Notes: generated by a model not told the origin, from the letters alone. A stretch of DNA of 63,058 nt, filler included, from Octopus bimaculoides (GCF_001194135.2; 4 parts of 3 records of this genome joined end to end with filler, not necessarily neighbours in it), one strand, 5' to 3'; positions 48,829 through 61,824 are shown, counted from the first letter of the whole stretch. Program-made: numbers and translations.

Positions 48829-49180
48829 ATACGTGTAAATATATACAATGGCCCTTCTCTCTCTCTTTTACCACATCCATCTCCCTATCTGTCTGACTAT
48901 CAGTCTATCTATCTGTCTCTCTAACTGTAGACATTCTATTATGTCTACTTATTCCAGAATATGTACCGGCTGGTGTGTGTCATTTTTGTATCCCCTCCAT
49001 TTTCTTTTTGCCGTATAGATTAAGGGCAAACCACTTTTTGCCGACACCCATATATGACGCTCGATTGTGAAATTACCACGCAATTACCAGCACTTAGGTA
49101 TTAATAATTGGGCACACTACCAGCAGTATATTGGATAAGCACTATTCCTTAGTTGGTTGGCTTCCCAGCCTCTAACTCTC

Positions 49181-49238
<58 letters not shown>

Positions 49239-49270
49239 CATGGAGATAACTGTCGAGTATTGTACATATA

Positions 49271-49448
49271 TTCAATACGATTTAACATAGATAAAAACCA
49301 GGGAACAAAAACATTTACAGTGATTTTGCTACTATTTCAGTTGATGGAATCTGTCAAACTTGGTACAAAAACCGTTAACTGAAATAGTAGCAAAATCACT
49401 ATAAATGTTTTTGTTTCGTGAATTTTAACTATGTTAAATCATATCGAA
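49271..49448. repeat. Long inverted repeat, about 74-bp arms with a 30-nt loop
   Basis: ACAAAAACATTTACAGTGATTTTGCTACTATTTCAGTTGA versus the reverse complement ACAAAAACATTTATAGTGATTTTGCTACTATTTCAGTTAA; pairing extends outward to TTCAATACGATTTAACATAG. Confidence 0.9.
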
Positions 49449-49706
49449 TGTCCTTTATTCGGAAGTGAATAGTTATCGTTACGAAATTATGAAATCGTAT
49501 AGGTGACTTTTCGTTTAATTTATTTTAAGTAAACACAATTCCATAACCGCTTACCTTAATAACTTTTGTAAAACGAATAAAAGGAGCTAATGCTTTCTAG
49601 AAAGCGTTAGTTCCTTTATTTTTGAGGTATATATTGGGATTTATACTTACGTGCATGCCATATATACGCAAACACACATGCACACACACACGCACATACA
49701 CACACA

Positions 49707-49778
<72 letters not shown>

Positions 49779-50762
49779 CATCCATATCGATACACACACA
49801 TGCATACATGCAAATACATGGGCGAATGATTGACAGGTTTATTAGAGCGTTCAGGAAAATGCTTTGTGATATTTGTAATAGTTCTGAAATATTTCCAAGG
49901 CTTCCTTTTGCTTTTCATGTTTTTGGATCGATAAATGAAGTATCGGTTAAGGGCTGTGGTTTGACAGGGAAATTCGTAGAACGTCGAGCAGAATACACTC
50001 ATAGTTATTGTCAATCTAATATCTAAGTATAAATGTTGAATAAACAAATGGAAAACAAATGCCAAACCCTTCACACAAAAGATAAAACTACGTAAAAATA
50101 GGCATATGTAAATTACCCTATTTAATTCAAATCCGCCTTAGGTTATCACGGGAGTTAAATTAAATCTAAATCAAATTAGAATTTAAAAAATCAAGCTGGT
50201 AACCCGAGGTATGTTGACAAAAAATTACGATAATAATAATCATAAAAAATTAAGGTAAAACTACTCATAGCTAAATTATTTTATTTTCTGAAAAAGGAGT
50301 CAGAATATTGTAATTAGATTATATTTGTCATTTAATTACTGAAAACTGTCAATTGTAACATCTACAATGATAAAACCGAAGATATTATCTAAGGATTGTT
50401 ACATATATTATAGGAGAAGTGCGGTGTTGTCCATGTTGATCATCTTCCCAACAAATAGTGTAATATATTTAAACACACGATGTTACGAATCTAAATTCAT
50501 ATAACTTTTAATGCACCAAAATATTGTTACCAAAATAATCGTACTAAAATAATCATACCTACTCTCCATTAATATTTATCATTATTATTCACAAAAATGG
50601 TTTATAAATGTTCTATAAATAGTTATAATCAATATACAGAAGTAGTATATATAATTTATATATATATATATATATATATATGTCTTGTGTGTGTGTGTGT
50701 GTGTCAGTGTGTGTGTGTGTGTGTGTGTGTNNNNNNNNNNTCTTGTGTGTGTGTGTGTGTGT

Positions 50763-50792
<30 letters not shown>

Positions 50793-50796
<4 letters not shown>

Positions 50797-51068
50797 AGGC
50801 GCGTGACTTAGATTGTAAGGCGTTAATGCCCTTGAGCAATACATTTTTTTCCACATTGCTCCAGTCTCCTCAGCTGGAAAAAATGAGTTGTACCTGCTTT
50901 TCCAAGGGCCTTGTCACACTCTGTGTCTCGCTGAAACTCCCTGAGAACTACGTCAGGGGTACACGTGTCTGTGGATTGCTCAGTCACTTGCACGTTAATT
51001 TCACGAGCAAGCTGTTCCGTTGATCGTACCAGCTGGGACCCTCGTCGTCGTAACCGACGGAGTGCTCC
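50793..51068 (+). mobile_element. SINE related to family C (shared central block, different 3' part)
   Basis: CCCTTGAGCAA...TTGCTCCAGTCTCCTCAGCTGGAAAAAATGAGTTG; flanked by (TG)n and (CATA)n. Confidence 0.55.
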
Positions 51069-51089
51069 TATACATACATACATGGATGG

Positions 51090-51122
<33 letters not shown>

Positions 51123-51567
51123 NNNNNNNNNNNNNNNNNNNNNNNNNNNNNNNNNNNNNNNNNNNNNNNNNNNNNNNNNNNNNNNNNNNNNNNNNNNNNN
51201 NNNNNNNNNNNNNNNNNNNNNNNNNNNNNNNNNNNNNNNNNNNNNNNNNNNNNNNNNNNNNNNNNNNNNNNNNNNNNNNNNNNNNNNNNNNNNNNNNNNN
51301 NNNNNNNNNNNNNNNNNNNNNNNNNNNNNNNNNNNNNNNNNNNATATTCAGTCTATTTTATAATTTCCTTTATGCTTATGTTGCCGTATTAGCGTATGAC
51401 ATCTAAACGGTGTTACACTAAAACACCAATAATAATTAACGGCTAAATCTTATCCATTACTAGAAATTATCCAATAAAAAGCAATAAATCATGTTAATCA
51501 TATATTTATGCAATAAAACGTCAGAGGTAATGTAATGCATAAATATAGAAATTTTATACAAAAGACG

Positions 51568-51637
51568 ATTTCCTGATTCAGGTAATCTGACTGTATGGAA
51601 TGCATTCCATACAACTAGGATTATCAAATCAGGAAAT
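51568..51637. repeat. 70-bp loopless palindrome with a perfect 22-bp core
   Basis: Core TGTATGGAATG|CATTCCATACA (51592-51613); outer arms ATTTCCTGATT / AATCAGGAAAT. Confidence 0.92.
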
Positions 51638-52789
51638 TACCAAAATAATCGAGAACTGAATTCGCCATAAGGAACAGCAGAGCACCGAAGTTCGGAAAAA
51701 TGCTACGTCACTCCGTAAGTAAGTAAAAGAATCATGTTAGTGTAACTGCCATAGGCAAGGAACTGCAATGCTACATTAATCAATGTATATACTCTGTGTT
51801 AAATCACAATAGAAGATTTCTATTATTGCCAGTTTGCACATTCATTACACATCATCCCTCGTATAGACAAATCGCTTCTAATGAGACACTTCAACTCCTA
51901 GATAAGGAAAAGCTATAGAACGTGACCCACATTTACTGGCAAATAAGATGTAATGAATCAAATTAAACATGCTAAATACCGTTCGAATGCAAGACAGAAT
52001 GTAATTCAACACAAATACTCCATATATTAAGACAGAATTGATTCTTTCATTACACAACAGCAAGAGAAAATGGACATTCACAACATAAGGGCAATGCTTG
52101 GCTAAATCTACTGAACCGATCATACATCAGAAGCATAGCTGTCAGGATGTTACTAAACCTATCAAGCGACACAGAAAAGCTTCATACACACTACTTTTTC
52201 ACTGGGGCATACAGGAAGATCTGATGATTGACAATGAATGGTCGTGTCTTTGACAAACTGTGAGCGACAGGATTAAAACTGCCATTGGAGCGTTTCACCG
52301 AAACACAATTATTGGATGCTCCTGGTGATGTTAAATTGAAAATAATGCTACAGAACTAAATCCAGCACATGAAAGAGTAATATATGCTAGGAGTACTTGA
52401 TAGGTCATGATTATTAAAAGATAATGGCAGACTGATACGAAATGAGAAAGAAATGCACAAATTGATACCAGAAGGTGGTAGCAGAAAGTCCGTAGTACGA
52501 GGTGGTAGCAGAAAGCAGAAGAACTGCATCGCGTCACACATAGGAATGATATAAAAGGGCTTCTATACAGAACACACACACACACACAAATTCATTAGAG
52601 ACACCCATAGGAAGGCCTTTAACTCTCTAAAGTTACTTCATAAAAGTAACGTGTTTTTAAACGGTCAGAACCTATTGAAGAAACGAGCTAAATGTAGTTT
52701 TAGCAATTACTCAATGCACTGAATGTCACTCAGCACCAACACTCGACAGTGCTCTACCAGTTCATTAGATTCCAATAAAAGACATGATC

Positions 52790-53270
52790 TGGCGTGGGTG
52801 GAAGTATAGCTGAAATCTGAGAAAAGATGGAGTCGGCTTTACCGACTGCATACACAAATTGCTCTCTAAAGTATGATAGGGATATCGACACTACCAGTAA
52901 CGCAAGGTACTATCATTTTCAGAATTTTCCAAGAGGGGACAGAATAGATTTTACACATTATAGTGGAATCTTACTTCCACAATTAGCACCAAAAATATTC
53001 GCGTGGATCTTTCTTAGCAGACTCGCTACTCGCATACCTCAAGAAATCATGCATGTAACATCACAGATCCCTTGGGCTTCTGACTCCGACAACTATAGGA
53101 AGAGGACTATATTGCTCATAGAACACGAAATGTCCTGTACGTGGTATTTTCAATTTCGTAAATGTATTCAGAACTGTAGGTGGGTCTGTCATAGGGTAAC
53201 TATTCAAGAAATATTGTCTATTTGAGGAATTCAAATTAACAGCAGAGATTCTACAGACATGAATTGATAA
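52790..53270 (+). mobile_element. RTE-clade LINE RT fragment, heavily decayed
   Basis: RGDRIDFTHYSGILLPQLAPKIFAWIFLSRL resembles KGDRxDCxNYRGIxLLxxxGKIFARILLxRL. Confidence 0.7.
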
Positions 53271-53465
53271 AAGGTAAACAATACAGGCGCAGGAGTGGCT
53301 GTGTGGTAAGTAGCTTGTTTCCCAACCATATATNNNNNNNNNNNNNNNNNNNNNNNNNNNNNNNNNNNNNNNNNNNNTTAATTAATTAANNNNNNNNNNN
53401 NNNNNNNNNNNNNNNNNNNNNNNNNNNNNNNNNGAAAATGCTGGCCTTCAGTCAAAATTTCAAAC

Positions 53466-53526
<61 letters not shown>

Positions 53527-53564
53527 GCTGTTGTTGTTGTTGTTGTCGTTCTTTTCGTCGTCGT

Positions 53565-53740
53565 TGTTGTTGTTTAGCTCAGATCAACGCTAACTTTTAT
53601 TCAGATAGAGTATAACTAAAATTATATTATATAACAGATCCTCCATTTTTTAAGAGTTAAGAATATAAGGTAATGGAGATTTGGCAGTTATTTTTAGCAG
53701 GAGAGGTGACCACAGAAAATCGTTCGTTGACTCGCTGTCG
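53565..53740. mobile_element. Fragment of another interspersed repeat that begins at a (TTG)n tract (related pieces at about 45965-46150 and, inverted, about 16545-16620)
   Basis: Shared GTTTAGCTC(C)AG(G/A)TCA(G/A)CGCT start at 53573 and 45971; the reverse-complement-like TGACCTGCAACTAAATAACAAC occurs at about 16597. Confidence 0.5.
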
Positions 53741-54676
53741 TAGTTTAGTTCCAACTTCGACCGTCCCTTCGATCAAAAAATTTATTCATACATAGTATGT
53801 TAACAACAACAATCTAAAATATGTACATTAGGCTGTGAGGAAAAGAAGGCAGTTTCAACGTTTCGGATTAAGACATTTTGTCACGCGCTCAAAAAAAAAA
53901 AAANNNNNNNNNNNNNNNNNNNNNNNNNNNNNNNNNNNNNNNNNNNNNNNNNNNNNNNNNNNNNNNNNNNNNNNNNNNNNNNNNNNNNNNNNNNNNNNNN
54001 NNNNNNNNNNNNNNNNNNNNNNNNNNNNNNNNNNNNNNNNNNNNNNNNNNNNNNNNNNNNNNNNNNNNNNNNNNNNNNNNNNNNNNNNNNNNNNNNNNNN
54101 NNNNNNNNNNNNNNNNNNNNNNNNNNNNNNNNNNNNNNNNNNNNNNNNNNNNNNNNNNNNNNNNNNNNNNNNNNNNNNNNNNNNNNNNNNNNNNNNNNNN
54201 NNNNNNNNNNNNNNNNNNNNNNNNNNNNNNNNNNNNNNNNNNNNNNNNNNNNNNNNNNNNNNNNNNNNNNNNNNNNNNNNNNNNNNNNNNNNNNNNNNNN
54301 NNNNNNNNNNNNNNNNNNNNNNNNNNNNNNNNNNNNNNNNNNNNNNNNNNNNNNNNNNNNNNNNNNNNNNNNNNNNNNNNNNNNNNNNNNNNNNNNNNNN
54401 NNNNNNNNNNNNNNNNNNNNNNNNNNNNNNNNNNNNNNNNNNTATATATATAATAAACCTGTATATGTATATGTGTGAATATGAATATACACACACACAC
54501 ATATATTACATATACATATTCAAATACAAGCGTAGATGTTTGTTTCGATATGTTTCTATGTATATATGTATGTATGTATGTTTCAATGAATGAATGTATA
54601 TATATATATATATATATACACACACGCACAAGTACATCTATCAATCTATCTATTTATCTACATACACACATACACA

Positions 54677-54731
<55 letters not shown>

Positions 54732-54891
54732 ATATACACACACACACACACACATATCTGATAAATGTATCAGAATTTCTTTTCACAACGCCTTTTCTTA
54801 CTGCACTAGACTTATGCTTACAATTATACACATGATTGCAAACATTCACATCTAGATACAAACATACATACATGTAAACATTGCTCACACG

Positions 54892-54923
<32 letters not shown>

Positions 54924-55169
54924 TAAACATTACCCACGTCCACCCAGATACACATACAAACACAAACATTACATACGCACACACAAACATTACTCGCGCG
55001 CGCACGCATACACTCACATACAAACATACACACACTCACACAACCATGGCACACGCACACATCCACATATACACAAACGTTACTTACGCGCGCACACATA
55101 CACACACACATCGCACACGTTCACACAATTTTTTCTCTTCACTGAAATTTTTTCTGCACCGTTATCCTA

Positions 55170-55520
55170 TACCTCTATAGATTATTTGCTCCCTTTTTTC
55201 CCCTTCTCTTCGCTTTACTATTTCTTCCTTCCACTCCCCTCTAACCCCCTTTCACTTCTGCTCTTTTCACTCTTTCTCTTCCCCTCCCACATTTCTCACC
55301 CTTCTTTATTTTACTAGCGCTGTCTCCCTCTTTCTGCTCTATCCCGTCTATCTCTTCTGTCCTCTCCTCTTACCTCATATTCTAACCCAATCTTTCTTCT
55401 ATACCATTCTATATCTATATCTTTCTTCTATACCATTCTATATCTATATCTTTCTTCTTTTCCCTTCTAACTTCGTTAACCTACCACTCTCACCTTCTCC
55501 CCACCTTCTCCCTTCCTTAC
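55170..55520. repeat. Polypyrimidine (CT-rich) low-complexity tract with a 31-bp tandem duplication (a similar tract lies at 58580-58873)
   Basis: Direct reading; TCTTTCTTCTATACCATTCTATATCTATA is repeated at about 55391 and 55420. Confidence 0.85.
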
Positions 55521-55834
55521 ACGTTCTAAGAAATAGAATCTAGCTCAATAAAATATGATGGAATGTTTAATTAGCATAATACCTGCTTCCTACTTTCACA
55601 CATCTTTACTCCACATGCTCTCGATATGTGCAATGCTTGCGTGCCGGTTCATTTCATGCGCGCACGTACATTCTCTCACGAAAATATATTTACATACTTT
55701 TATATGTCCCTAAAAGACGCACGCATACACAAATCATAAAATAAATATAAAATATGCGCGCGCATATACATTTACATACATACACACACATGTGACATTT
55801 GGGACTCCCTCTTTTTACGAACAGACTATAATCA

Positions 55835-55867
<33 letters not shown>

Positions 55868-55870
<3 letters not shown>

Positions 55871-56105
55871 CGTTGCTATTATGTTAAACTGTCCTATGTC
55901 CAAATTTGGCCATACTTATTTTTGCTTGCAACAACCGGTTCTTTTGGTCAAACTATCGTGTCTCCAGCTGCTTCTGATGCCAAGATATCAAAAATTATCA
56001 GAGTGTAGTACAACGGTTTTGCTATGGAATGATGAAACTATTTTTTCGTTTTCTAAAAAAAGCAACGTTCTGGACTTACGACACTTCTGCATAATAGCAA
56101 CAATA
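55868..56105. mobile_element. TA-flanked MITE inserted in a TG/TA microsatellite
   Basis: Left ATCGTTGCTATTATGTTAAACTGTCCTATGTCCA versus the reverse complement of the right end ATTGTTGCTATTATGCAGAAGTGTCGTAAGTCCA. Confidence 0.7.
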
Positions 56106-56339
56106 TATATATGTATATGTACATATGTATATATATACATATACATTACACATACACTCGCACGTGCGCGCGCACACACACATATCTGCTCACACACACA
56201 CATGTATGTTTGCATGTATGCATGCATACCTTTTCTTCAGCTCCGAAAATAGGCTCACGTTCATTTTATCAAGTCTAATGTTCGGGAACGTGTCTTTTGT
56301 TATTTTAAAAACTCGCGCCTTATGATACGCTCTTATGAC

Positions 56340-57400
56340 TGTTCAACACAGTGTTCTTTTCCGAGAAGGAAAACATTTTTCTTGGGTTTTGGGGGAGGGG
56401 TTTTGTGAAAGGTTTCACCGTGGGTTTGGTTTGGGGAATTTTNNNNNNNNNNNNNNNNNNNNNNNNNNNNNNNNNNNNNNNNNNNNNNNNNNNNNNNNNN
56501 NNNNNNNNNNNNNNNNNNNNNNNNNNNNNNNNNNNNNNNNNNNNNNNNNNNNNNNNNNNNNNNNNNNNNNNNNNNNNNNNNNNNNNNNNNNNNNNNNNNN
56601 NNNNNNNNNNNNNNNNNNNNNNNNNNNNNNNNNNNNNNNNNNNNNNNNNNNNNNNNNNNNNNNNNNNNNNNNNNNNNNNNNNNNNNNNNNNNNNNNNNNN
56701 NNNNNNNNNNNNNNNNNNNNNNTGTTAGCCCCTCCCCAACAAACACCATATCGGGTAATTTTTCTAGAATTTCCTTTGACACTTGTACAACCATCTCTAG
56801 GGTCTGACCTTCCCGGTTGACGCTTCACGCTTTTTCAATTGCAAAATCGTCACTGCCTCCTCCACGTCGTAGATGACAGCCGCTGCTACTCACATAACCT
56901 CGTAACCAGCCGGAATCTCATCCACGGCAACTTTGGCCGTTCTGCGACCCAGGCATGTGGGTAGCAGAATTATTTCTTCGTTTCGCAAGGTCTTTGTGGA
57001 GACTTCCTTTGCTATGTTGGCCGTTTCGAATTGCGCTTCTACCGTTCCGCTTTTCGTCCCACGGCCAACATAGGTTATTTAGGTCCATACTGGGGATAAA
57101 CATCTTTCTACGACATCACTTTTTGCGTCCACAATTCGCTTCTCCCTTAAATTGCAAATCTTGCAGACAACCGTTCTCGAGTCCAACGCTTGCACTGTCT
57201 CTGGAGGAGGCAGCAGTTCCGCATCGCTACCGTTTCTCTTAATCAAGCAGCGGAACTCAAACAATTGCTTCACTTTCACTTCCATCTCCGTCACATTGCC
57301 GCCTACCGCAGTAGAGAAACTTGGTCTTTCCTCTGCCTATTTTTCAATTTAACATTCAATTTCACCGCTATTATCCCTTCCCATCGCGGGAAAATACTTT
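56340..57400 (-). mobile_element. Probable ORF1 remnant of a non-LTR retrotransposon (contains an N-gap)
   Basis: GC-richer, coding-like stretch (TVEAQFETANIAKEVSTKTL, ILLPTCLGRRTAKVAVDEIP, VVQVSKEILEKLPD) broken by stops; no diagnostic RT motif. Confidence 0.4.
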
Positions 57401-57599
57401 TCAGATGTAATATTAAATTCCATCGCAAACGTATTATCACTTTGCCAAAAATGACAAACAAATTCAATANNNNNNNNNNNNNNNNNNNNNNNNNNNNNNN
57501 NNNNNNNNNNNNNNNNNNNNNNNNNNNNNNNNNNNNNNNNNNNNNNNNNNNNNNNNNNNNNNNNNNNNNAGTGGACGTGTGTCAACAATCAACAGAAGA

Positions 57600-58470
57600 A
57601 AACTACCACGTAGTTTGTGTGAGGACGTTACCCCCGCGAGATTAGGAGATTAGTAGCTTTAGCAGGGGTTTCCGGCGAGGCAATGGAGAGAATTGTGAGG
57701 TTGGCCTTTGTGACCGGATTTTCCGATCACATCTCAACAAGTTTGCAGCAGCTACTGGGTATCAACCCCCACGCCGGTGAGCGAATTGATAGAGCAAACT
57801 CGTGTCATGACGCAGAACAATACACCTGATGTAGTTTGTACGATGACAGAGACGAGAACGACAAAGAGGCGAATAGAAGCTAACGGGAAGAAGAATGGGG
57901 AAAAAGAAGCTGGGCGAACAACGACGGGACCATGTTTCAGGTGTCGGGGTCCTCATATGATCAGAGACTGCACGGAACCGAAACCGGAAGTGGTGTGCTA
58001 CCAGCCTGGGCACATCGCTAACGAATGCATATAGGGAAACTGTTGGAGGGGAGCTACTGCGCCAGTAGCTACCCTAGTCAACCGATTACAGACGCACTGG
58101 CGGCCACTGCCAATAATAAACGTTCAGGTGGGGTCTAGAGAGGCTCGGGCCCTTGTTGCACTACAACCCAAGTGACTGTAAAAATGGTGACTAGCTGGGG
58201 CGGTAGCCCAAATCTGAGCGCAGTGGATGGCAGGAAGGTTAGGTATAGAGGCGAGAGCGGAATACAGCTGATAGTGCAAGGGTCGACAGTGAAGTGTCAG
58301 GTGATTGTTGTCGACGAAGTGGTGGCTGCAGCGTGTCGCCCGGAGGGCTCAGAGCTGAGGAGGCTGCACAGCATGCACCATATGGGTGTAGACAGGACCC
58401 TGTTCCTGGCCAGGAAGGTGGACCCTAATGTTATCAGGGAAAGAGTTCGGAAAGTGATGCAGAGCTGCGA
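57600..58470 (+). mobile_element. Gypsy remnant: gag knuckles, protease and integrase zinc-binding region joined by a large deletion
   Basis: CFRCRGPHMIRDC and CY-QPGHIANEC knuckles; INVQVGSREARAL (protease lead-in); LHSMHHMGVDRTLFLARK...RKVMQSC (integrase HHCC region). RT and RNase H are absent. Confidence 0.82.
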
Positions 58471-58973
58471 TATATTTGTGTGTATACGTATATATGTATG
58501 TATATGAATAAATGTATAAATATATGTATGCATGTATATATGTGTATATATATGTGTGTACACGCGCCGTGAACAGGGATTAATCTTCTATCTTCGCTCC
58601 TTTGCGCCACATGGGCTCAACTCCCCTCCACTCTTCATCTAACCCCCTCCTCCTGTCTCTCTCCCCCACCCTCCCTCCTACCACCCATCTCTCCCCTCCC
58701 CCACCTCCTGCTCCGATTCCTACTTCTTTGTACGTCTCTTCACCTCTCTTCATACTTCTCTCCACTCCCACTTCTCTTCACCCCTACTCTTTCTCTCCTC
58801 TCTCTTACTCTCTCTCACTCTCTTCTCTCGTACTCCCCCCTCTCTCACTCTTACTCTCTACACTCTTACTCTCNNNNNNNNNNNNNNNNNNNNNNNNNNN
58901 NNNNNNNNNNNNNNNNNTTAATTAATTAANNNNNNNNNNNNNNNNNNNNNNNNNNNNNNNNNNNNNNNNNNNN

Positions 58974-59262
58974 TTTTCTGTAGGTGTTTCTAGTTTGTCT
59001 AATTCTTGAATTTGTTGCAATTGGAATTCACTTAGATATTCCTTTGCCTGTTTTGTTACTGAGTAAGATGCTTTCTTGCTTTCATATTTTAAGACAAGTT
59101 TTAGCATCCAGTCCTCAGAGTTTTTCATATAGCCAATTGTGGCTACCTTCATTGATAATGCCAGCTGTAGTAGTCCTCGACCTCCCTCTTTTCTTGGCAG
59201 ATAAAGACGTTCTATATCTGCCTTAGGGTGGTGCATTCTATGCATTGTCAACAGTTTTCGTA

Positions 59263-59267
<5 letters not shown>
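58974..59267 (-). mobile_element. R4/Dong-clade non-LTR fragment (post-RT), 5'-truncated at an (AAT)n tract
   Basis: IRKLLTMHRMHHPKADIERLYLPRKEGGRGLLQL; abuts (ATT)n at 59268-59342. Confidence 0.88.
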
Positions 59268-59342
<75 letters not shown>

Positions 59343-59345
<3 letters not shown>

Positions 59346-59487
59346 ACGGCAAAAAGCGGCGAGCTGGCATAATCGCTAGCACTATAGTAAAAGACACTTG
59401 CCTAATTTGCCACGCAGTGGGACTGAATCCGGAACCATGTGGTTGGGAAGCAAGCGTCCTGCCACACAGTCACCCCTGCGCTTATAC
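59343..59487. mobile_element. Junction of a family A SINE head (+) and a family B SINE head (-)
   Basis: AAGCGGCGAGCTGGCATAATCGCTAGCAC runs directly into TATAGTAAAAGACACTTGCC...GCCACGCAGTGGGACTGAATCCGGAACCATGTGG. Confidence 0.75.
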
Positions 59488-60618
59488 TTAAACTGTTTCC
59501 CCTCATTCCGCTTCATTCGTATTTAGGTTTCTGCTAATCTGGCTCAACTTTCGTTGGTCACTCATTTTTTTTCTGGAATGTTGGAATGCCAATTCTTTGG
59601 TGTTATTCGGTTAAGCTTAAAACTCGTAAATCTATCTTCGTCCGTTACTTTCTCGAAATTTCTTTTTTTAAACTAGTTCCTTGTAATTTTGTTGGCTTTT
59701 TTCCTTTTACCTTTTTTTTTTTGAATATTCACTTGTTCATTTGCTCCCTCGTGTGTGTGAGTGTGTGTGCACGCGCATGTGTGTGAGTATATACATACAT
59801 ATATATGTATGTGTATATATATATGTATATGCGTATATATATAAATATATATATATATATATGTATGTATATAAATGTATTTATATATGTATATATCTAT
59901 ATATTTGTCTATCTGTTTATCTATTTATCTATCTATATGTATATATGTATATAGATAGATACATATATGTATATATATATATATATATATATNNNNNNNN
60001 NNNNNNNNNNNNNNNNNNNNNNNNNNNNNNNNNNNNNNNNNNNNNNNNNNNNNNNNNNNNNNNNNNNNNNNNNNNNNNNNNNNNNNNNNNNNNNNNNNNN
60101 NNNNNNNNNNNNNNNNNNNNNNNNNNNNNNNNNNNNNNNNNNNNNNNNNNNNNNNNNNNNNNNNNNNNNNNNNNNNNNNNNNNNNNNNNNNNNNNNNNNN
60201 NNNNNNNNNNNNNNNNNNNNNNNNNNNNNNNNNNNNNNNNNNNNNNNNNNNNNNNNNNNNNNNNNNNNNNNNNNNNNNNNNNNNNNNNNNNNNNNNNNNN
60301 NNNNNNNNNNNNNNNNNNNNNNNNNNNNNNNNNNNNNNNNNNNNNNNNNNNNNNNNNNNNNNNNNNNNNNNNNNNNNNNNNNNNNNNNNNNNNNNNNNNN
60401 NNNNNNNNNNNNNNNNNNNNNNNNNNNNNNNNNNNNNNNNNNNNNNNNNNNNNNNNNNNNNNNNNNNNNNNNNNNNNNNNNNNNNNNNNNNNNNNNNNNN
60501 NNNNNNNNNNNNNNNNNNNNNNNNNNNNNNNNNNNNNNNNNNNNNNNNNNNNNNNNNNNNNNNNNNNNNNNNNNNNNNNNNNNNNNNNNNNNNNNNNNNN
60601 NNNNNNNNNNNNNNNNNN

Positions 60619-60672
<54 letters not shown>

Positions 60673-60839
60673 GCACACACACATTCACCACCACCCTACG
60701 CACATACACTCAAACCCTCCCCCATACACACACTTATTCACCCCACCACCACCACACATACACGCGGAACTTTCACGACCTACAGATTGTTCATCAGACA
60801 GAATTTTGTCACTGTGAGTAGTAGTATTAGTAGTAGAAA

Positions 60840-60890
<51 letters not shown>

Positions 60891-60904
60891 CAGCAGCAGC
60901 AGCA

Positions 60905-61198
60905 GCAGTAGTATATCTCATCAGCTAACACATCAATTTTGCGAACATAAAACATCTCAGATAACGAACAGTGTCTCGAGTAACGAATAGGCAAGCTGGC
61001 AGCAACGATTAGCAACAAGCTGGGAATATAAGCGGGCGAGCATCAGCGGTTGTCTACTTTCTTTTAGTGCACATCTCTGCTCGAATTCGCTGTGCCTTCT
61101 TTTGAATTACCTATGGGGAAAACAGTTCGGTTGACGAACATTTCGAGTGACGAACAGCGTTCAAGAACGAATTAAATTCGTAGACCGAAGTTCCACTG
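60905..61198. mobile_element. Tigger/pogo-type MITE
   Basis: Right end GAACGAATTAAATTCGTAGACCGAAGTTCCACTG|TA resembles the TIR of the 25426 element; repeated ACGAAC motifs; the left TIR is degenerate. Confidence 0.6.
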
Positions 61199-61594
61199 TA
61201 ATTGAGTTGAATAAATAAGAAGTATAAGACTTTAGATATTTCCTATAGAGGAAAGAACTGTTGTTGTTGTTGCTGGTGGTGGTAGGAGGGGCAATAAATG
61301 CAGAGTAGCGTAAAGTTTCGATGAAGGTCCTTCACTAGAGAGAAATGTGCAGCCAACCGAAGAATAAACCAAGCTACTAATTGCAGTGTTGGCTGAGGGG
61401 AACAGTAAGAAGGTCTTCATGAAAATTAATGAAGACTCGCAGAATTTATAATTACTCACAGATTGGCCACAAGATTTATATTTTGTTGTTGTTGTTGTGG
61501 TTATTGTTGTTGTTGGTAATGTTGTTGCTAAGACTGTAGTTGTGAAAAATATCCGTAACCAAATGTGTTCCGAAAATGACCAACCCTTATTATT

Positions 61595-61770
61595 AAGACA
61601 TGTGTGGTTGAGAAGTTTTTCTTCTCAATCGCATTGCTTCCGTTCCGAGTTCAGAACCACTGCGTGGCGTCTTAGGCAAGTAAATGTCTTCTACTATAGC
61701 CTCCAGCCGAATTAAGCCTTGTGAGAGATTTTGGTTCGGGGGAAATTAAAAGAAGCCCGTTGTGTGTATA
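61595..61770 (+). mobile_element. SINE family B, diverged (further pieces at 18178-18245, 48515-48570, 53281-53333)
   Basis: CCACTGCGTGGCGTCTTAGGCAAGT...TGTCTTCTACTATAGCC...AAGCCTTGTGAG. Confidence 0.75.

Positions 61771-61824
<54 letters not shown>

Noticed and set aside
52215-52320. CTGATGA...CGAAAC as a hammerhead, or TGATGA as a C/D snoRNA box
   Set aside because: No stem II or stem III pairing, no NUH site, and no suitably placed D box or terminal stem.
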